Below, in pieces: positions 36,186 to 46,300 of a stretch of 64,000 nucleotides of DNA. Positions within the stretch are counted from its first letter, which is position 1, and each line of letters starts with the position of its first letter. This DNA comes from Burkholderiales bacterium (GTDB lineage: Bacteria > Pseudomonadota > Gammaproteobacteria > Burkholderiales > SG8-39): positions 87,577-151,576 of the forward strand of contig JBARMB010000050.1 of the NCBI GenBank assembly GCA_049802235.1. The letters are read 5' to 3'. The notes under the pieces are model-generated. The model did no database searches and had not been told where the DNA came from. It saw only the letters and a program-made list of their open reading frames with translations. Position numbers and translations under genes: made by a program.

Positions 36186-36788
36186 ATGAGTGCAACAAGC
36201 GCCGAATTGCTCATCGGCCTGGTTTCGATCAGCGACCGCGCCTCGGGCGGCGTCTACAAGGACGAGGGCATCCCGTCATTGCAGGAGTGGTTTACCCGCG
36301 CCATCGCGACGCCATGGCGCACGGAAACGCGGCTGATCCCCGACGAGCGGCCGCTGATCGAGGCAACGCTTGCTCAGCTTGTCGACCAATTCGATTGTCA
36401 CCTAGTGCTGACGACCGGCGGCACGGGCCCGGCGGCACGCGACGTCACGCCCGAGGCGACGCTCGCGGTCGCCGACAAGGTGATGCCCGGGTTCGGCGAG
36501 CAGATGCGCCGCATCGGCCTCGAGTTCGTCCCGACCGCGATCCTGTCGCGCCAGGTCGCGGTGATCCGCAAGCGCTCGCTCATCATCAACCTGCCGGGCC
36601 AGCCGAGGTCGATCCGCGAAACGCTCGAAGGCCTGAAGGACAAGGACGGCAGGCAGATCGTCCCAGGGATTTTCGCCGCCGTACCCTATTGCATCGACCT
36701 GATCGGCGGCCCCTACATCGAAACCCGCGAGGACGTGATCAAGACATTCCGGCCCAAGTCCGCCATTCGCCCCAGACCACAGACCTGA
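36186..36788 (+). CDS. mog: Molybdopterin adenylyltransferase
   Basis: IGLVSISDRASGGVYKDEGIP...LVLTTGGTGPAARDVTPEAT is the MogA/MoaB signature. Confidence 0.85.
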   Translation: MSATSAELLIGLVSISDRASGGVYKDEGIPSLQEWFTRAIATPWRTETRLIPDERPLIEATLAQLVDQFDCHLVLTTGGTGPAARDVTPEATLAVADKVMPGFGEQMRRIGLEFVPTAILSRQVAVIRKRSLIINLPGQPRSIRETLEGLKDKDGRQIVPGIFAAVPYCIDLIGGPYIETREDVIKTFRPKSAIRPRPQT

Positions 36789-36805
36789 ACGCAAAGAATT
36801 CCACC

Positions 36806-37477
36806 ATGCCCGATCCGCTCGAAGCCGTCGAAATCGAAACCGGAAAAAATCCGACGACGAGCATCATCTGGATGCACGGCCTGGGCGCTGACGGCAACGA
36901 TTTTGTCCCCCTCGTGCCCGAGCTCGATCTGCCCGAGGCGCCGATCCGCTTCGTCTTTCCGCACGCGCCGATGCAGCCGGTCACGATCAACAGCGGCATG
37001 GTGATGCGGGCGTGGTACGACATCAGCGACGCCAGCATCCGGCGCGAGGACGAGCGCGGCGTGCGCGCCTCGCAGGCCCTCGTCGAAGCGCTGATCGAGC
37101 GGGAAAAGGAGCGCGGCACAAAACCGGGCCGGCTGGTGCTCGCGGGGTTCTCGCAGGGCGGGGCCATCGCGCTGCAAACGGGGCTGCGCCAGCCGCAACG
37201 ACTGGCGGGAATCATGGCGCTCTCGACCTATGTGCCGATCGCCGGAAAGCTTGCCGCCGAAGCCAATGCCGCCAACCGCGATACGCCGATCTTCATGGCG
37301 CACGGGACGCAGGACCCGATCATTCCGTTGCCGTTTGCCGCACAGTCGCGCGATCTGCTGCAGTCACTCGGCCACGTGGTCGAGTGGCATCAGTACGGGA
37401 TGCCGCACTCGGTATGCGCGGAGGAAGTGCGCGATATCGGCGCGTGGCTCGCCAGGGTGCTCACTCCGCAATCCTGA
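36806..37477 (+). CDS. Phospholipase/carboxylesterase-family alpha/beta hydrolase
   Basis: From ATG 36806: ...IIWMHGLGADGNDF..., nucleophile elbow GFSQGGAIAL, MAHGTQDPIIP. Confidence 0.8.
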   Translation: MPDPLEAVEIETGKNPTTSIIWMHGLGADGNDFVPLVPELDLPEAPIRFVFPHAPMQPVTINSGMVMRAWYDISDASIRREDERGVRASQALVEALIEREKERGTKPGRLVLAGFSQGGAIALQTGLRQPQRLAGIMALSTYVPIAGKLAAEANAANRDTPIFMAHGTQDPIIPLPFAAQSRDLLQSLGHVVEWHQYGMPHSVCAEEVRDIGAWLARVLTPQS

Positions 37478-37502
37478 GCGGAACCGCAAAGAGCCGTAGA
37501 AC

Positions 37503-38990
37503 CTACTCGCCCGTTTCCCGAATCATCTGGCGGCAGCGAATGATCTCGTAGTCGTCGCCCCTATCCGTCACGCCCGCGGGCATCAGCAGGAAGCGTTTGC
37601 CGTTGCGCTCGATCTCCAGGTTCTGGCCGGTCGCCAGCACGCCCGGGCGCAGGAGCAAGTGTGCCTCGGCACCGTCATCGGACGGATTCAGCAGAATGCC
37701 GGTCCCGGGGTCCGAACCGGTTCCGCTCTGCAATTTCAGTTGCGTCAGCAGCGCGGTCCTCGCCAGCGTCTGGATGCCGACCGTACCCTGCTGCGGCGAT
37801 TCGCGGGTGAAACGGCGTATCACGCCGATCACCCAGTTACTGCCGCCTTCGGGCTGCAACCCGAGCAGGCAACCGATCTTCACCCATTCCCCCTTGATCT
37901 GCGGAATACTCGCGCCAAAGCCGCCGGCGCTGACGTTCTCGACGATCCAGCTCTCGGTGCTGCTTTCGTCGAAATCGAGCGAAGTCGATCGATCGAGCGC
38001 CGCGAGCACTCCGTCGTAGCCGTGGGTCGCGGAGAGCCGCGACTTGACCCTGTGGCGGGGCGCTTTTCTCTCCGGCGGCTTGGGCGACCAGTAGAGCGCA
38101 AGGTGATTGAGGACGTCGAGCACGACTTCGGGTTCGTAGCTGCCGCCCAGCGCGACGCCGGAGGGCACCGCGTTGGTGGACGCGACGGTTTGGATCAACT
38201 GCGTCAGCTCCTGTGCCGCCTTGCCCGCGGCGAAGAACCTGAGGGTCGGCGCATGCTGCGGCGGGCGGGCCAGGCGCAGCGGCGGCCGGCTTGTCGCCAG
38301 ATCGATCCAGTAGGCGATGTCAGGTTGCTGGTCGAGCCTCAGCGTAAACGACGCCGAAAAATGCGCGATCAGCCGCTCCGCCAGCTCGATCTCGACCGGC
38401 AGCAGGCTGTCAGGGGATGAAGCCGACAGCATCACCGCCTTGAGAAATTCCTGCTCCGGCGAGGATTCGCCCGGAACGCCCGGATACACCGTCGCCCTGG
38501 TGCGCGCGAACTTCCGGTTCTCCGCCAGCGCATAGATCCTGGCGACGACACCCCAGATGAAGTTCTCGCAAGGGCCGTAACGGACGTACTGCCATTTTAT
38601 CTGCGCCGCCAGCGCCCGCAACGCGCGCACCGTGAGCAGCGGCAGGTTGTTCTTCAACCGGTCGGCGCCCTTCTGTCCGGTGGCGTACAAATCGATGCAG
38701 GTCGCGAAAGCAAGCGCCGATTGCCTCCAATACCCGTGCATCGAAGTCCACAGGCGATTTTCCTGGAATCTCGATAGCCGCGGCATGGAGAGGTAGTCGC
38801 GCTGGAGCTTGCGCAGTTGCATCTGCGCGGCGTCGTCGATCGCCTGCACCAGCTGCGCGCGGTGTTCGGGCTTGAAGCCTTCGGCTGCACACACCGATTC
38901 GATCCAGTGGCTCAACTCCTCGATCGCCTTGAACGGCTCGCCGGCGGGAATTTCGTCGAGGATCTTCCGCGCCTCCCTGGCATCGGCCAT
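37503..38990 (-). CDS. Conserved hypothetical protein with a C-terminal PilZ-like (putative c-di-GMP-binding) domain
   Basis: RKAPRHR (RxxxR) and ENVSAGGFG (D/NxSxxG) motifs fall at nt 37920-38069. The start is set at ATG 38990 because the longer ORF start (39104) abuts or overlaps the tRNA-Thr 3' end. In addition, codons 1-38 have a low G/C third-position content. Confidence 0.55.
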   Translation of the reverse strand: MADAREARKILDEIPAGEPFKAIEELSHWIESVCAAEGFKPEHRAQLVQAIDDAAQMQLRKLQRDYLSMPRLSRFQENRLWTSMHGYWRQSALAFATCIDLYATGQKGADRLKNNLPLLTVRALRALAAQIKWQYVRYGPCENFIWGVVARIYALAENRKFARTRATVYPGVPGESSPEQEFLKAVMLSASSPDSLLPVEIELAERLIAHFSASFTLRLDQQPDIAYWIDLATSRPPLRLARPPQHAPTLRFFAAGKAAQELTQLIQTVASTNAVPSGVALGGSYEPEVVLDVLNHLALYWSPKPPERKAPRHRVKSRLSATHGYDGVLAALDRSTSLDFDESSTESWIVENVSAGGFGASIPQIKGEWVKIGCLLGLQPEGGSNWVIGVIRRFTRESPQQGTVGIQTLARTALLTQLKLQSGTGSDPGTGILLNPSDDGAEAHLLLRPGVLATGQNLEIERNGKRFLLMPAGVTDRGDDYEIIRCRQMIRETGE

Positions 38991-39103
38991 CGGATGATCG
39001 GACTTGCCACCGCTAAAAAGTTTCAGCTTGCCCCCCTCCCGAAGTTCCGTACTGTCAAATGCCTGAAGGGGCCACGAGGCCCCGAGGGGTGAATCTTTTT
39101 TCA

Positions 39104-39179
<76 letters not shown>

Positions 39180-39214
39180 CCGCGCCCGCAACTGCGCGCG
39201 CGACGATGGGTGTG

Positions 39215-39220
39215 CATTAT
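39215..39220 (-). promoter_or_regulatory. Candidate -10 box (TATAAT on the minus strand) upstream of tRNA-Thr
   Basis: Plus-strand ATTATA at 39215-39220 lies about 36 nt upstream of the mature tRNA 5' end. No good -35 box is present. A 9-bp GC hairpin (39228-39254, probably the fur-family gene terminator) lies just upstream. Confidence 0.25.
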
Positions 39221-39263
39221 AGCAGTCGCGCCCCGGAGACGGCGCCCGGGGCGCCATCTCGCC

Positions 39264-39683
39264 TCAGGATCGGGGACGCGTGCGAATGACGATATCGACG
39301 CCGTCGGCGACCGCTCCCGGCGGAAGAGGCGGCAGGCCGACAACGCGGATGTCATCGGCAGGCACGTCGGTCAATTGCCCGGTCACGACGTCGTAGAAAT
39401 GATGGTGTGGCGCAGTGTTCGGGTCGTACACGACTTTGCTCGGGTCGACGATAAGTTCACGAATGAGCTTCTTCTCCAGGAACAGCTTGAGTGTGTTGTA
39501 CACAGTCGCCTTCGAGGCCTCGGCGTGGCGGGTATTGACAAGCGCGAGGATCTGGTCAGCGGAAAGATGCTCGCGCCGCTCGAACAATGCGTGCGCGATC
39601 TCGATGCGCTGGTGGGTCGGCGTGATGCCGTGAGAGCGCAAAAGGTCGGCCACCTGCTCGCGAGCATGGCTGGGATGTTTCAT
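39264..39683 (-). CDS. Fur-family transcriptional regulator
   Basis: ...HGITPTHQRIEIAHALFERREHLSADQILALVN......ASKATVYNTLKLFLEKKLIREL... is a winged-helix Fur pattern with HHHFYD in the metal-site region. I did not see the C-terminal CxxC pairs. Confidence 0.8.
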   Translation of the reverse strand: MKHPSHAREQVADLLRSHGITPTHQRIEIAHALFERREHLSADQILALVNTRHAEASKATVYNTLKLFLEKKLIRELIVDPSKVVYDPNTAPHHHFYDVVTGQLTDVPADDIRVVGLPPLPPGAVADGVDIVIRTRPRS

Positions 39684-39694
39684 GGGTTTTAATT

Positions 39695-39721
39695 TTAGAC
39701 CACAGTTTGGACTATGTCTAA
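39695..39721. promoter_or_regulatory. Inverted repeat TTAGAC-N15-GTCTAA (candidate operator) in the fur-family/pilE divergent region
   Basis: The 6-bp arms are seen directly. The inner 17-mer AGACCACAGTTTGGACT is itself 6/8 palindromic. It lies 12 nt upstream of the fur-family start codon. Confidence 0.25.
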
Positions 39722-39997
39722 TTTGTTTTCCCCGCCCTTTCTGTCACTGCTCTTTCCGGATTCGCCCAACGCTACATAACTACGGAGATTCGGGCCTACC
39801 GGAAACTCCGATGCGATAACAGGCGTAGTCACGCTCGATGCATTGTTTGCCGTTTCTCGAAGCCGACGGAAGCGTGAAATAGTTCCGCTATACTCGACTC
39901 CGAATGCCGTTCATTCTCTCGAACCGGCCTCTCGTCAGAGCGGGTTGAGCGGCAGCGTTCCTTGCCTCTATCATTCCATCAACCCAAAGGGGGAAAA

Positions 39998-40456
39998 ATG
40001 TCGAAATCGGCTGGCTTCACCTTAATAGAGCTTCTGACCGTGGTGGCGGTTATCGCCGTACTCTCTGCGATCGCGGTGCCGAGCTACACTCAGTACGTCA
40101 CTCGCAGCAAGATCACCGAGGCTACCTCGCAGCTGGCTGATCTACGCGTCAAGATGGAGCAGTGGTTCCAGGACAACCGCACCTATGTCGGCGGCACCTG
40201 CGCGCCCACGGGCAGCGCTGCCGCGCAGGTGAAATACTTCACTTTCTCCTGCATCGCCGGCCAGCCGACCGCAACGACCTACACGATCCAGGCGGTGGGC
40301 GGTACTGCCTCTGACGCTGGCATGGTCGGTTTTGTCTATTCCATCGACCAATCCAACGCCAAGGCCACCTCGATCACAGGGGGGTCGCCAGCCGAGTCCG
40401 CCGGCTGGACCGGCAACGGCAATTGCTGGGTAATCCGTAAAGGCGGGCAATGCTAA
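39998..40456 (+). CDS. pilE: Type IV pilin (PilE-like)
   Basis: Class III signal MSKSAG/FTLIELLTVVAVIAVLSAIAVPSY, with a C-terminal Cys pair (CWVIRKGGQC). Confidence 0.85.
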   Translation: MSKSAGFTLIELLTVVAVIAVLSAIAVPSYTQYVTRSKITEATSQLADLRVKMEQWFQDNRTYVGGTCAPTGSAAAQVKYFTFSCIAGQPTATTYTIQAVGGTASDAGMVGFVYSIDQSNAKATSITGGSPAESAGWTGNGNCWVIRKGGQC

Positions 40457-41028
40457 GGCCGATGCCCATACGGCGCGGTTTCACGATGGTCGAGCTCATG
40501 GTGACGCTCGCTGTCCTGGGCATCCTGATTCTCATCGGTCTGCCCAACCTCAGCGAATGGCTGCAAAACACCCAGATTCGCACCGCGGCTGAATCGATCC
40601 AAAACGGCGCCCAGCTGGCCCGGACCGAAGCGGTGCGCCGCAACACCCAGATCGAATTTGCGCTCATCGCCGGCGATCCCAATTCTGGCAACGCCAATGC
40701 GGCGCCAAATGCCGCGGGCCCCAACTGGATGGTGCGCAATTTCCAGTCTTCGGGCACGTACACGAGCACAGACTTCGTCCAGGGCGGCGGCACCTACAGC
40801 TCGCCGAACGTGGTCATCGCCGCGACGGATCCTACTGCCGTGTTCAACGGGCTGGGGCAGACCAATCTCGCCGCGATCGACACCATTCAGATCACTAATC
40901 CCAACGGCGGCAATTGCGTTGCCGCAGGCGGCGGGATGCGCTGCCTGAACGTGGTGATCCAGATCGGCGGACAGATTCGCATGTGCGATCCCGCGGTCAC
41001 CACCGCCGGGGATACGCGCGCGTGCTGA
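40450..41028 (+). CDS. fimT: GspH/FimT-family minor pilin
   Basis: MLRPMPIRRG/FTMVELMVTLAVLGIL prepilin signal. It overlaps pilE by 7 nt. Confidence 0.75.
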   Translation: MLRPMPIRRGFTMVELMVTLAVLGILILIGLPNLSEWLQNTQIRTAAESIQNGAQLARTEAVRRNTQIEFALIAGDPNSGNANAAPNAAGPNWMVRNFQSSGTYTSTDFVQGGGTYSSPNVVIAATDPTAVFNGLGQTNLAAIDTIQITNPNGGNCVAAGGGMRCLNVVIQIGGQIRMCDPAVTTAGDTRAC

Positions 41029-41051
41029 GCGCGTTCACGCAAGAGTCAACC

Positions 41052-41492
41052 ATGCGCCATAAAGCTCAACAGCGCGGGATCATTCTCCTGGAGGCACTGG
41101 TCGGCATATTGATATTTTCCATCGGCATTCTCGCAATGATCGCCCTGCAAGCGACGGCGATCAAGAATCAGGCCGACGCAAAGTATCGCGCCGATGCAAG
41201 CTACCTCGCCGACCAGATCATGAGCACCATTTGGGTGGACCGTCCCAATATCGCGACATATCAGCACCGCGTCACCGGCGGCGGCCCGAGCTGCAATCCA
41301 TCGGGCGCAAACTCCGCCGCGGCCAACGTGACGGCGTGGCTCGCCAAGGTGCTGGCCACCCTGCCCGGCGCGGCCGGCGCCAACCAGCAGATCATCGTCG
41401 GCGCGGGCAACCAGGTGACCGTGACCGTATGCTGGAGAGGCCCGCAGGAAACCACGTGGCACAACTACGTCGTCACTACTTTCATCAACTGA
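41052..41492 (+). CDS. pilV: Type IV pilus minor pilin PilV
   Basis: MRHKAQQRG/IILLEALVGILIFSIGILAM is a PilV-type signal. The position in the operon fits. Confidence 0.75.
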   Translation: MRHKAQQRGIILLEALVGILIFSIGILAMIALQATAIKNQADAKYRADASYLADQIMSTIWVDRPNIATYQHRVTGGGPSCNPSGANSAAANVTAWLAKVLATLPGAAGANQQIIVGAGNQVTVTVCWRGPQETTWHNYVVTTFIN

Positions 41493-41521
41493 ATCGAACA
41501 CCGTCAGCGATCGACGCAGCC

Positions 41522-42616
41522 ATGAACATCACAAGACGCCCGAGCGGCTTTTCCCTGGTCGAACTCATGGTCGGCATGGCAATCGGCCTGATCGGCATCA
41601 TCGTCATCATGCAGATCTTCGCTTTCTCCGAGGGACAGAAGCGCACCACCACCTCCGGTGCCGACGCGCAGAACAATGGCAACATCGCCCTGTACGGCGT
41701 GATGCGCGACCTGCGCCAGGCCGGCTACGGACTCAGCCTGGATTCGTATGGCTGCACCGTCAACACCTCCTTCGGGAACAATATCGTCAACCCCGGTCCG
41801 TTCACGCTCGCGCCGGTGGTCATCACCGACGGCGGCGTTGACGGAAGCGGAGACGCCCTGCCCGATGCCATACGCGCGCTCTACAGCACGGCGACGATGG
41901 GCAGCCTGCCCAATTTGCTTACGGTCAATCATGCGCAGACCGACACTCTGGTCAATCTGAAGACCAATTTCGGCATAGCATTCCAAAGTCTGTTCGTGTT
42001 CTGGGAATCCGGCAAAAGCTGCACCCTGGCCCAGGTCACCAGCAATATCGTCGATAACACGCAGATCGTGCACGACACCGGCTCGTGGAATGGAAACACC
42101 GCGATTTTTCCGGCGGCCGGATACGCGGCGAACGCAAGCGTCCTCCCCCTCGGCGGCATGGCGCTGCGGACTTACAGCATCGACACCACGAACAATAGCC
42201 TCCAGATGACCGACGTATCCGGCGCCTACGGCGCGTCGGCATCGAGCAGCTTCGTCTTGGCGAGCGAAATCGTCAATCTGCAGGTGCAGTATGGAAAAGA
42301 CACCGGGGCTCACGCCGGACACACGGCAGGCGACAACATCGTCGATGCGTGGGATACGGCAACGCCCGCAAGCGGCGTCGGTGGGCCAGCTACCGCCGCG
42401 CCCTGGCAGCAGATCATCGCCGTGCGACTGGCCATTCTGGCGCGCGCCGGCCAGTACGAAAAACCCGCCACCCCCGGCGGGCCCTGCACCGTGACGACCG
42501 CCGCGCCGACTTGGTCCGGCGGAACCATGGCCGTTCCCGGCGGGCTGCCGAGCTGCTACCGCTACAAGGTTTACGAAACCGTTGTGCCCCTGCGCAACAT
42601 CCTCTGGGGAATCTGA
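41522..42616 (+). CDS. pilW: Type IV pilus minor pilin PilW
   Basis: MNITRRPSG/FSLVELMVGMAIGLIG signal. 364 aa. The operon position fits. Confidence 0.75.
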   Translation: MNITRRPSGFSLVELMVGMAIGLIGIIVIMQIFAFSEGQKRTTTSGADAQNNGNIALYGVMRDLRQAGYGLSLDSYGCTVNTSFGNNIVNPGPFTLAPVVITDGGVDGSGDALPDAIRALYSTATMGSLPNLLTVNHAQTDTLVNLKTNFGIAFQSLFVFWESGKSCTLAQVTSNIVDNTQIVHDTGSWNGNTAIFPAAGYAANASVLPLGGMALRTYSIDTTNNSLQMTDVSGAYGASASSSFVLASEIVNLQVQYGKDTGAHAGHTAGDNIVDAWDTATPASGVGGPATAAPWQQIIAVRLAILARAGQYEKPATPGGPCTVTTAAPTWSGGTMAVPGGLPSCYRYKVYETVVPLRNILWGI

Positions 42617-43272
42617 TGATATCCGCGCACCCCTGTTCGAACATGCAAACGATCGTGCCAACCTCGGGCCGGATCGGCACCCGCGTCGCGCCGCTCAGAC
42701 GCCAGCGCGGCGTGGTGTTGTTCATTGCCCTCATCGTGCTGGTGGCGATGACGCTCGCCGGCATCGCGGCGGTGCGCTCGGTCGATACCACGAACCAGAT
42801 CGCCGGAAACCTTGCATTCAAGCAAAGCACCACCATGGGCGCGGACGCGGCGATAGAGAACGCACGAAATTGGCTTCTTACCCAGATTGCTGCGGGCGCA
42901 CTCGAAAGCGACAATGTCGCCAACGGCTACTTCTCTTATGCGGCGACATCGAGCCCCGGAATCGAGACCGACTGGACCAACTATAACTGGACTTCCAATG
43001 CCGCAGCCAAGCATCTCACGCCTCCCGATGCCGCCGGAAACGATATCTACTATGTCATTCAACGCATGTGCAAAACGACTGGTTCCGGGAGCGCCAGCGC
43101 CAACTCCTGCCTGACTTCTCTGAGCAGCGGGGCAGCGGGAACGTCCAACAGCAGCAAAGGCGCCGGGATCGTCAACCTGATCGGCCTGACCCAGTACTAC
43201 TACCGCGTCAGCGTTAGGGCGACCGGCCCGCGCAATACCGTCAGCTACGTGCAGGCGATGATCGCGCTGTGA
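42616..43272 (+). CDS. pilX: Type IV pilus minor pilin PilX
   Basis: ...RRQRG/VVLFIALIVLVAMTLAG is a PilX-type N-terminus. The start is either ATG 42616 (overlapping the pilW stop) or ATG 42643. Confidence 0.7.
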   Translation: MISAHPCSNMQTIVPTSGRIGTRVAPLRRQRGVVLFIALIVLVAMTLAGIAAVRSVDTTNQIAGNLAFKQSTTMGADAAIENARNWLLTQIAAGALESDNVANGYFSYAATSSPGIETDWTNYNWTSNAAAKHLTPPDAAGNDIYYVIQRMCKTTGSGSASANSCLTSLSSGAAGTSNSSKGAGIVNLIGLTQYYYRVSVRATGPRNTVSYVQAMIAL

Positions 43273-43306
43273 TCCGCGGCGGACATCAACCCGGGAGATA
43301 GCAAAA

Positions 43307-46300
43307 ATGAAATCGTCCTCACCCTCGATCAAATCACTTGCGGTCGGCTTCGCTACGCTCGCCTGCTTCGTTGCGTTGCGCGCCCACGCCGGCTCCACCG
43401 ATATCTCGGCCACCCCCCTGGTGACCGGCAGCACGCTGCCGGTCCTGCCCAACATCATGCTGCTGCTCGACGACTCCGGCAGCATGGAATGGCAATTCAT
43501 GCCGGACAACGTGCTCTATGTCCCCAGCTTCTCGACTGTAAACAGCATCAACTGTCGCAACAGTTCGGGCGGGACCACGAGCTGCGGCGGCACCGCCAGC
43601 CGCGGCAGCCGCAGTTCAGTCTCGCCGCCGGTGGACGCCAAGGAATTCAACGTTATTTCCTACAACCCGGCGATCACCTATGTTCCGCCGGTGAATTACG
43701 ACGGTACGAACACCGCCTTCAAGAATTGGGACAATTCCACCGGCTGGCTGTGGAACGCGGTTGCAAACGATCTCTTTTTGCCCTCCACCAGCCAGGGTAC
43801 CTACAACGTCCAGTCCGGCTACCTCGAGCGCTGGTGGTGCAGCGGCAGTCCAGCGACCGCGAACGACACCGTTCTGTGCCGCCAGAACGGCGCCCTGGTG
43901 AAGCAGCCCGCCATGTCGGGCACGGTCACCAGCGCACCCACGGTCACCGGTAGCTCGCCCAGCTTCACCGTCACGGTCGACGTGACTGCGAGCTATAGCG
44001 CGGGCGGCAAGAACGGTTGCGCGGTGGGCGACCAGGTCACGATTTCCGGCCTGACGCCCTCGAAGGCGAACGGCACGTTTGCGGTCGCTTCCGTTCCGAG
44101 CAGCGGACGCTTCACCTATACCTACTCGAGCACCACCAATACCGCCTCCGACAAACCCTCGAGCGGCGCGGCATTGACGGCCAGCGCCTGCATCCAGGCG
44201 TTTCCGATTTCTTCCATCATCCATAGCACCACGACTGCCACTCTGACCCGCCAGGGCAGCAGCAGCAGCGTCGGGCAAACCGGCTGCTTTCCGGGGGATA
44301 CCGTGACCGTCGCCGGCGTCAGCCCCAGCCAGTACAACGGCACCTGGACCGTCGCAACGGTCTCCGCGTCCGGGCTGACCCTGACCTACACCATGACCTC
44401 GGCGCCGAGCAGCAACGGCAGCGCCGCAAGCAATACGGTGATGACCTTTTCCGCCTGCAACGTCCCCATGGCGCAGCTCGCCCAGAGCGGCGGCACAGCC
44501 ACTGCGACCTTCCTCACCGCCCACGGCTGCAACGTGGGTGATACGGTGACCGTGAGCGGCGCGTTCCAGTCAGGCTATAACATCACCAATGCCACGGTGG
44601 TGTCGGTGCCCGCGCTCAACCAGCTCACTTATGCGGTGGCGACCGGCACCGCCTCCCCGGCCACGCGAGCCACTTCGAGCGTGCCGATCCGCTCCACCGT
44701 CTGCGCCGGAACCCGCACCAGCTATTCCGTCGACGCCAACAGCGTGCCCCCGCTGATGCAGGGCTTCCCCATGGCCGGGTTCAGCAACCAGAGCGACGTC
44801 AGCGGCGCCCCGTACTCCTACGCCATTTATCCCAACGAGTGGTGCACCAGCGAGGACCTGAGCAAGTGCGATTCCACGTTTCAGACATCCACCAACCCGT
44901 TTCCGGCCACGGTGCGCTATTGCGTGAGCAGCGCCACGCAGACGGCGGCCCCGGGCAGCTCCACCACGACCAGCACCAGTTCCTCGAGCGGCTGCCAGCG
45001 CGTCTTTACTTCCAACGGCAGTTTCCAGCGCCCGCGCTACGGCTATTTCGTGCGCTCGGACATCAATTCGAACATCACCAGCTACGCCAAAGCGTCCACG
45101 CGCGGCGATTGCACGGGCGCCACGTGCACCTTCAACCAGGAGATGACCAACTTCGCCAACTGGTACGCTTATTACCGGGTCCGCATTCACATGATGAAGT
45201 CCTCCAGCGGCCGCGCCTTTCAGGCCCTCAACCCCAACAACGCGAACGCGAGCAATGTGGGCTACCGCGTCGGCTTGACCACGACCAACAACGGGAAGAC
45301 CCTGGTCCTCGCGCCATTCGCCGGCGACACTTCGTCCGGCCAGAAGGCGTCGTGGTACACCTCGCTCTACGCGGTGGATCCCAGCGGAGGCACGCCGCTG
45401 CGCCAGGCGCTCGCGCGGGTGGGACGCTATTACGCCGGCAGTTACAAGACCGCATCGCCGTACAACCAGGACCCGATGGAATACTCCTGCCAGCAGAATT
45501 TTGTCATCGCCACCACCGACGGCTACTGGAACGGCGCGGGCGGCGTCAGATTGGATGGCAGCACCGCGGTCGGCGACCAGGACGGCAGCGCGCCGCGCCC
45601 CTATTTCGATTCCTCGGCATCGGCCGCGGCCGACAACGCCGGCACGCTGGCCGACGTCGCCTACTACTATTACGGGACCGACCTGCGCACCGCGAGCAAC
45701 AATCCGAACGGCTCGCTGGGCACGGACGTGACTCTCAACAACGTGCCTGCCATCGGCAAGGACACGGCGACATGGCAGCACATGACCACCTTCACCATGG
45801 GCCTGGGGCTGGACAGCACCTTGCTGTGGGAGTCCGGCTACGACACCGCCGGCACCAGCTCCGACTACAACTCCATCGTCAACGGCGGCCCCGGCGCAAA
45901 GAACTGGCCCGTTCCCGTCCAGAACGATATCACGGCGGTGGACGACCTGTGGCACGCGGCGGTGAACGGGCGCGGCACCTACTTCAGCGCCAAGAACCCG
46001 GAAGCGGTCATCAGCAGCCTCAGCACCGCGTTCTCCAGCATCAAACAGCGCAACGGCACCGACGCGGCGGCTGCGACGAGCAACCCCAATATCGTTTCCG
46101 GCGACAACTTCCTGTTCAGCTCGAATTTCACCACCCTGACCTGGGTCGGCGACCTCACGCGCCAGACGATCGACATCTCGACCGGCGCGGTCAGCTCGGC
46201 GGTGGACTGGTCGGCGCAGGGCCAGCTCGACACGCGGGGAAGCGCAACCACCGATACCCGCACCATCTGGACCTTTGATTCAAGCACGGGCTCGGCGACG

